Both the position numbers and the translations under genes were made by a program. From Promethearchaeota archaeon (GTDB taxonomy: Archaea > Asgardarchaeota > Lokiarchaeia > Sigyniarchaeales > SOKP01): a stretch of 34,409 nt of DNA. The notes under the pieces are model-generated. The model saw nothing but the letters and a program-made list of their open reading frames with translations, ran no database searches and was not told the origin of the DNA. Location: assembly GCA_008080735.1 (NCBI GenBank), contig SHMW01000043.1:1-34409 (forward strand). The letters are read 5' to 3'. This document shows positions 28,482-34,409 of the stretch, piece after piece; the first letter of the stretch is position 1, and each line of letters begins with the position of its first letter.

Positions 28482-30866
28482 TTATTTTGGAAGTGTAAAA
28501 TAAAAGACTGAACCCATATTTCTTCCATCAGAAATCACACCCATATCTCCACCGTGGAAATTTATAATTCTTTTAGAAATATACAATCCAAGCCCCGAAC
28601 CTCCAATTTTCACATCAAATCCTTTTCCAAAGTGTTCTACTTTTCCAAATTGAGTAAATATAATTTCTTTTTCCTCCTCTGTAATCCCAATTCCATTATC
28701 CTTAACATAGACACTCACATAATCTTCTCTATTTTCAACCGATATTTCAATCTTACCGTAGGGCGGAGTAAATTTATAAGCATTAACTAAAAGATTTGTA
28801 AGCACTTCTCGAATCTGGTTTAGATCTATTTTTATCATTATATCTTGCTGGATGCTGATAATTACTTCGTGGTTTCTCAAATCTAACAAGCTTTTAAGGT
28901 CTTTAACGCAATCTTGTATTAATTCTGTCAAATTTTCCTTAGTTTTTTTTAGATCTAATTTTCTTGAACCTAATTTTATGGTTTTAATCACGTTGTTTGT
29001 TATCTGAGTTAACCTATCTGTACCTTCTTTGATGTTCGTGATGAATGTTTCTAAAATTGCGTTCTCCTGCAGCAAATTATCGAATTCCTTAGAGAGGAGT
29101 TCAAGGTATCCATTAATTGAGGTTAGAGGGGTTTTGAGTTCGTGAGAAATTCTGCTTAAAAGTTCTGTTTTCATTCTATTTAATTTAACTAATTCCTCTT
29201 CAGCTTTTTTACGCTTTGTAATGTCAATTTTATTAACAAGGTCTGCTGTCCTTCCATTAAATATGATGGTCCCCGAGATATTGTCTATCCAAATTACCTC
29301 GCCGGACGGTTTTGTTACTCTATATTCATAATGATTAATTACATTTTTTTCTCCTTTTTGTTTTTTTATAGCTTGTTCAAATACTTTTTTTTTATCATCG
29401 GGGTGAACAATTTCAATAAATTCCTTGAGATTCCAATTTTTAACCTCAGAATAAGGATATCCAATGATATTTGCGAATTCCTTATTTATATACACATATT
29501 TATTATCTTGAAGTATTGCTATACCCGAAAGCGATTTTTCAGTGATAATTCTAAACTTTTCTTCTGATTCCCTTAATTTTTTTTCCGCTTTTTTTCGATC
29601 AGTAATGTCTAAGATAATCCCTAGTATTGCTGGTTTAGCGTGATATTCTATTCGATTCGAATATTGTTCTACCCATCGAACTTCTCCATCCTTTTTGAAT
29701 CCTTTATATTGATATTGATTAATTACATCCTTCTCTCCTCTTAATTTTTTGAGCGCTTGGGTCTTTGTAAATTCCCTAAAATCAGGATGGATGATTTTAA
29801 AGAATTCATTGGGTCTCCAACTCAATAATTCTTCAGTTGAATAACCCGTCATATCTGAAAATTTTTTATTGACATATTTATATACTCCATCTTGTATCAG
29901 AAAAATTCCTGCTAAAGCTTGCTCCGCCAGCATTCTAAATCTCTCTTCAGAATCTTTCAATTTTTGTCTTGAAACTATTTTGGGTGTAATATCTCTTTGA
30001 ATAGCGATGAAGGATGATATTTGCCCATCATCACTTAAAAGAGGAGAGATTTTAAAATCACAATAAAAAGTAGTTCCATCTTTTTTCTTATTGAGATGAG
30101 TCCCCGTCCATACGTTCCTAGAAAGGACAGTCTTGTAAATCTCGTTTTGGATTTCCTCAGCCATGGGTTCTGCATTTAAAAAATCTGGGCTTTTGCCTAA
30201 CATCTCAGTTTTTTTATATCCATAGAGTTCTTCTGTTGCCTTGTTTATATAGATTATCTCAAATCGCGTATTGGTAATAATTATCGCATCTTTGACTTGT
30301 TCTGTGATAGAGCTAAGAAATTGCGTTCTCTCTTCTGCTTTTTTATGATCCGTAATATCACGAGAAACAATTAATGCTTTTTTTTCTCCATCTTCATCTA
30401 CAAATGTCTTTCCTTTTGCTTCTACCCAGATCCACCCTCCCGCCTTTTTGTGTAGTCTAATTTGAGCCGAACCATATCCTTTTTTGAATCCTTCTCTTAA
30501 TTCATTCGTCGCTTTTTTCAAATCTTCGGGATGGATATAATTAAGCACACTTTCCCCAAGCAAATCATCCTTATTATAACCTAATGTATGCAGAAATGTA
30601 TTTTCGTTTATATATTCATATTCAAATGCGTGATTTAGTACTCCAATTAAATCATTCACATTTTCAGATATAAGTCTATATTTTTTTTCCGCCTGTTTTA
30701 CTTGTACTATTTTCTTTTTTATCTTATTTTTCAAAAAGGAGATAAATTTATCTGCATCATCATTTTCAATATCAGAATTAGTATACTCTTTGAGTTTTTT
30801 CTTGATTTCTTCAATTTCTTCAACTTTAAATGGATTTTCTAATGGATTAAAAATATTTAACCTCAA
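28482..30866 (-). CDS. Soluble sensor histidine kinase with 4 PAS/PAC domains
   Basis: Four PAS repeats ending in (R/L/I)DIT; ISHELKTPL (H-box), NLLVNAYKF (N), DNGIG (G1), GSGLGL (G2). No TM or receiver domain; start uncertain. Confidence 0.93.
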   Translation of the reverse strand: MRLNIFNPLENPFKVEEIEEIKKKLKEYTNSDIENDDADKFISFLKNKIKKKIVQVKQAEKKYRLISENVNDLIGVLNHAFEYEYINENTFLHTLGYNKDDLLGESVLNYIHPEDLKKATNELREGFKKGYGSAQIRLHKKAGGWIWVEAKGKTFVDEDGEKKALIVSRDITDHKKAEERTQFLSSITEQVKDAIIITNTRFEIIYINKATEELYGYKKTEMLGKSPDFLNAEPMAEEIQNEIYKTVLSRNVWTGTHLNKKKDGTTFYCDFKISPLLSDDGQISSFIAIQRDITPKIVSRQKLKDSEERFRMLAEQALAGIFLIQDGVYKYVNKKFSDMTGYSTEELLSWRPNEFFKIIHPDFREFTKTQALKKLRGEKDVINQYQYKGFKKDGEVRWVEQYSNRIEYHAKPAILGIILDITDRKKAEKKLRESEEKFRIITEKSLSGIAILQDNKYVYINKEFANIIGYPYSEVKNWNLKEFIEIVHPDDKKKVFEQAIKKQKGEKNVINHYEYRVTKPSGEVIWIDNISGTIIFNGRTADLVNKIDITKRKKAEEELVKLNRMKTELLSRISHELKTPLTSINGYLELLSKEFDNLLQENAILETFITNIKEGTDRLTQITNNVIKTIKLGSRKLDLKKTKENLTELIQDCVKDLKSLLDLRNHEVIISIQQDIMIKIDLNQIREVLTNLLVNAYKFTPPYGKIEISVENREDYVSVYVKDNGIGITEEEKEIIFTQFGKVEHFGKGFDVKIGGSGLGLYISKRIINFHGGDMGVISDGRNMGSVFYFTLPK

Positions 30867-30992
30867 ATATTTGATAATTGTAAATTAAAAGAATACAACA
30901 TCTTAATTTCGTTTTATATTCTTAAATTTAATCATTTTTCATTCTATTTATTTAAAAAATCTAGGTTTTTTAATAATGAGGTTTGCAAATAA

Positions 30993-33900
30993 TCAATTAA
31001 TTTGGGGTAATGAAAAATAAAAAGTTGAGCCTTTATTTCTTCCCTCTGATACCATCCAAATCTCTCCTTCATGTAATTCTATTATCTTTTTTGAAATATA
31101 GAGACCTAGACCTGAACCGTCAATATCTATATCGAATCCTTCTCCATAACGCTCGATTTTTCCAAATTGTGTAAATAAATCTTTTTTTTCATCTTCAGTA
31201 AATCCAATTCCCGTATCTTTTATAGAAATTATAATATATTGCTTATTTCTCTCAGAATTGATGAATATTTCTCCTTGCGGGGGAGTATATTTTACTGCAT
31301 TCGAGATAAGGTTTTCTAGAACTGCTAAAATCTTTTCCTCCTCTCCTTTCGTCATTAATTTCTCCTCAATCTCAACAAAGATTGATTGGTTTCGAGTTTT
31401 TGCAATCCCTTTAACAGCATTTACAGCATTTTGTATTATTTCCGACAAATTTAGTTCTTCCTTTTTTAGTTCCATACGACCTGATTGTAATTTTGCTGTA
31501 TTTAAAATATCTTTGATAATATTTCCCAACCTGTCGCATCCATCTTTTATTTCATTAAGGTAATTTAATGCTTCTTGATTTAGTCTGTCCGAGTGGAATT
31601 CCAACAATAAATTCGTAAATCCTCTAATCGAAACTAATGGCGTCTTTAATTCGTGGGAGGTTCTCCTCAATAATTCTGATTTTAAACGATTTAATTTCTT
31701 TAACTTTTTTTCAGATTCTTTTATCTTTTCTTGTGCTAATATCATTCTATTGATATCACTAACAGTTCCTCTAATACCCACGATTTTTCCATTTTTATAG
31801 ATTGGGATGGAATGAACTCGAGCATAAAATGGTGATCCGTCTTTTTTTACCAATAAATATTCGTGAGGTTCAGTTTCTTTTCCAGATAAGACCTTCTGAA
31901 CATTCTTTAAAGCCTTTTCTTTATAGTCCTCTGAAACCAAATCTAAGATATTAATTCCATTTTCTAAATCCTCTTCGCTATATCCAAATTTTCGAAACCC
32001 AGCAGAATTTGTATAGGTAAATCTTCCTCTCATATCACCCTCAAAGATTATATCGGGTAGTAATTCAGCTATATCCCTATACTTTTGTTCTGATTCCTTT
32101 AATTTGCTTTCTGTGAGCTCACTTTCAGTGATATCACGAATAATACCCGCAACTCCAATAATTTTTCCACCATCATTAATTGGGATTTTTCTGGTTTCAT
32201 AAATTCTTTCATTCATCTTTTCTATACTTTTTACAGGTTCTCCTTTTGCTATTGCTTCTAAATCCGTTTCTCGACAACCTTTAGCGGCATTCTCGGACAT
32301 AAGGTCAAAATCTGTTTTTCCAATGATATTTTGTTCTTTTTCTCCAAAAAAATCGGCATTTGCCTTATTTACTAAAAGATATTTCAAATCCTTATCTTTT
32401 AAAAAAAACATATCAGGGCTCGAATCAATAAATAATTTCAGTCTTTTTTCCGATTTCTCCAGCATTTCTTCATATTTTCTTTGTTCTGTAACATCTTCTG
32501 CGGAGCACACGACATATTCTACATCTCCCGATTCATCCAATTTCGGAGTTTTAGTAATAGAATTCAATCTTCTCTCCCCTGATTGATGTGGAACCCATTC
32601 GTCTGTATTAATCTGCTTTTTAGTCGTGAAAACTTCGATATTTCCCTCTTTACACACATCTGCGACATCTTCGGGAAAAATCTCATACAAATTCCTAAAT
32701 GCCATTTGGTCCTTTTCAAATCCATAGAAGTTCGCGTGGGCTTCATTGACCGACCCATATGTTACTGGGTCTGATAAATACCATACTTGTGTTTGAATAT
32801 TGTCTAATAATAATTGTTGTTCTTCGGATTTTCGCTCTAATTTTTCTTTTGATTTTTCTAATCTCTTTTTTGCTTTCTTTTTTTCTGTAATATCTCTTAC
32901 AATTGCCCAATATCCACAGAATTCCCCATTTTTGTCATTTATTTTCCATGTTTTCAAACTTACGGGAAAAACTTCTCCGTTTTTTTTTATGTATTCTTTC
33001 TCATATTCATCCGAATAGCCTCTTTGCTGTACTTGGTTTTGCAGAATATCTTCTTCCATTTTATGATATTTGACAGAGGTTAAATCTTGATAGGTGAGAT
33101 TTTTAACTTCATTTTTAGAATAGCCCACCATGTTGAGAAATGCTTGATTACAATCTGTAACTTTTCCTTGCTGGTCCACCATCGCAATTCCATCAAGACT
33201 GGACTCAAATAAATCTCGGTATCTTCGCTCACTGTTTTTTAGATTTTTTATGACTCTTTTTTCTTTATCGATTTTTCGCATTGTACCGATTATCTGCCTT
33301 TTTTCTCCAAAATCAACGATTTTTCCCTTAGATTTTACCCATACATAATTTCCATTCGCATCTTTCGCTCTATATTCTGCTGAAATACTAATTTTTTTTG
33401 GAAATTCCTTAAACTGTTCTACCACGCGAGCTAAGTCTTTGGGATGAACATATTCAAAAAAACGATGTCCCAATAATTCTTCTTCTCTATATCCAAAATT
33501 CGTGTGGATCTGCGGACTAACAAATTCTATTTTACCTTTTAGATCGAGAATCATTACGACATCGAATAAATTAGTAATAAGATTTCTATACTTTTTTTCC
33601 GACTTAATTAAGCGATTTTCTGTCTCTCGTTGTTTTGTAATGTCTCTTGAGATTACCAAACCTCTGAGTTTTCCATCATAATCTTTAAATGTTTTACCTT
33701 TTGATTCCATCCATATCCAATTCCCTTCTTTATCCTTGAATCGAAATTCGGACATGGCAAAACCCTCGTCAAAACCCTGTTGTAATTTTGTAAAGATCCT
33801 CCGCCGATCCTCTGGATGAAAAAATTCTATGACCGATTTTCCAATTAGATCTGACGCCTCATACCCCAATTTATTCTTGTAAAATTTTTCATTAAGCTCT

Positions 33901-34124
33901 ACAAATTCAAAGGATTGATTCACAACACATATGAAATCATTCGCATTGTCTAAAAATAAGCCAAATTTTTTCGAATCTATTATTAATTCACGGGATTTTT
34001 CTCTAAATATATTCTCAAGGATCTCGATAAATTTATCATGATTTCCCTCAGATTTATTTAATGCCCTCAGAATTTCTTCTCTTTCTTTCGACGAAAGCGA
34101 TTTATAATTAAAATTCGACAACAA
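30993..34124 (-). CDS. Soluble sensor histidine kinase with 6 PAS/PAC domains
   Basis: Six PAS repeats; TSHELKTPL, NLISNAVKY, DTGIG, GSGLGL. Paralog of the downstream kinase; TTG start. Confidence 0.93.
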   Translation of the reverse strand: MLSNFNYKSLSSKEREEILRALNKSEGNHDKFIEILENIFREKSRELIIDSKKFGLFLDNANDFICVVNQSFEFVELNEKFYKNKLGYEASDLIGKSVIEFFHPEDRRRIFTKLQQGFDEGFAMSEFRFKDKEGNWIWMESKGKTFKDYDGKLRGLVISRDITKQRETENRLIKSEKKYRNLITNLFDVVMILDLKGKIEFVSPQIHTNFGYREEELLGHRFFEYVHPKDLARVVEQFKEFPKKISISAEYRAKDANGNYVWVKSKGKIVDFGEKRQIIGTMRKIDKEKRVIKNLKNSERRYRDLFESSLDGIAMVDQQGKVTDCNQAFLNMVGYSKNEVKNLTYQDLTSVKYHKMEEDILQNQVQQRGYSDEYEKEYIKKNGEVFPVSLKTWKINDKNGEFCGYWAIVRDITEKKKAKKRLEKSKEKLERKSEEQQLLLDNIQTQVWYLSDPVTYGSVNEAHANFYGFEKDQMAFRNLYEIFPEDVADVCKEGNIEVFTTKKQINTDEWVPHQSGERRLNSITKTPKLDESGDVEYVVCSAEDVTEQRKYEEMLEKSEKRLKLFIDSSPDMFFLKDKDLKYLLVNKANADFFGEKEQNIIGKTDFDLMSENAAKGCRETDLEAIAKGEPVKSIEKMNERIYETRKIPINDGGKIIGVAGIIRDITESELTESKLKESEQKYRDIAELLPDIIFEGDMRGRFTYTNSAGFRKFGYSEEDLENGINILDLVSEDYKEKALKNVQKVLSGKETEPHEYLLVKKDGSPFYARVHSIPIYKNGKIVGIRGTVSDINRMILAQEKIKESEKKLKKLNRLKSELLRRTSHELKTPLVSIRGFTNLLLEFHSDRLNQEALNYLNEIKDGCDRLGNIIKDILNTAKLQSGRMELKKEELNLSEIIQNAVNAVKGIAKTRNQSIFVEIEEKLMTKGEEEKILAVLENLISNAVKYTPPQGEIFINSERNKQYIIISIKDTGIGFTEDEKKDLFTQFGKIERYGEGFDIDIDGSGLGLYISKKIIELHEGEIWMVSEGRNKGSTFYFSLPQIN

Positions 34125-34330
34125 GAATCAACCTAATACCTTAGTAAAATTATACAAACGAAACTAATATCCTATCTTCATAATCTATTTTTGACTAATA
34201 AATTTACGTAAAAAAATCAGACATTTTCCTCCAATTTGACTCAATTAAAACCCCTCTCCTTAATTATATTCAATATGAGAGTAAGTAGAAAGAACAAAAA
34301 AGGTTAAAATGATTATAATACTTATCTAAT

Positions 34331-34409
34331 CTAATCTCTGGATTCGAATCCTTTAGCTTTCGACTCTTTTACTAATACTTTGAAATTTTTTACTAATTCC
34401 TCGAGATTT
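34331..34409 (-). CDS. Probable 3' end of a gene running in from beyond the window
   Basis: Open minus-strand frame NLEELVKNFKVLVKESKAKGFESRD* ending at TAG 34333-34331. Confidence 0.5.
   Translation of the reverse strand, partial: NLEELVKNFKVLVKESKAKGFESRD

Noticed and set aside
34340-34351. GGATTCGAATCC palindrome resembling a tRNA T-arm
   Set aside because: No cloverleaf context; it lies within an open minus-strand frame (KGFES).
1-34409. CRISPR arrays, rRNA/tRNA genes, transposases or integrases
   Set aside because: None recognised by eye; a tRNAscan/Infernal run would be needed to exclude small RNAs.

Overview
AT-rich archaeal window whose gene content points to an Asgard archaeon, probably Lokiarchaeia (inference from the longin protein, soluble multi-PAS kinases and tandem paralog expansions). 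It encodes a ThiF/GNAT/membrane-protein cluster with a decayed paralog, dihydrolipoamide dehydrogenase, glycerate 2-kinase and a candidate eukaryote-like trafficking cluster (mu-homology/Ig protein, FG-GAP beta-propeller with winged-helix repeats, WD40 protein, longin). These are followed by two MBL-fold genes, Fe-S/C-GCAxxG-C-C redox genes, a flavodoxin, two tandem membrane esterases, a divergent family III CoA-transferase / acetoacetate-CoA ligase pair and two PAS histidine kinases. Main finding: both genes of the divergent CoA pair are interrupted by a 30-31 nt hairpin insertion that folds with its flanks into a bulge-helix-bulge (BHB)-like motif. Cutting at the canonical EndA positions restores the frame and the conserved motifs (VIKVE|PP and WM|MWNW), which suggests tRNA-endonuclease-type introns in protein-coding mRNAs. 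All family assignments are by motif recognition; no searches were run.
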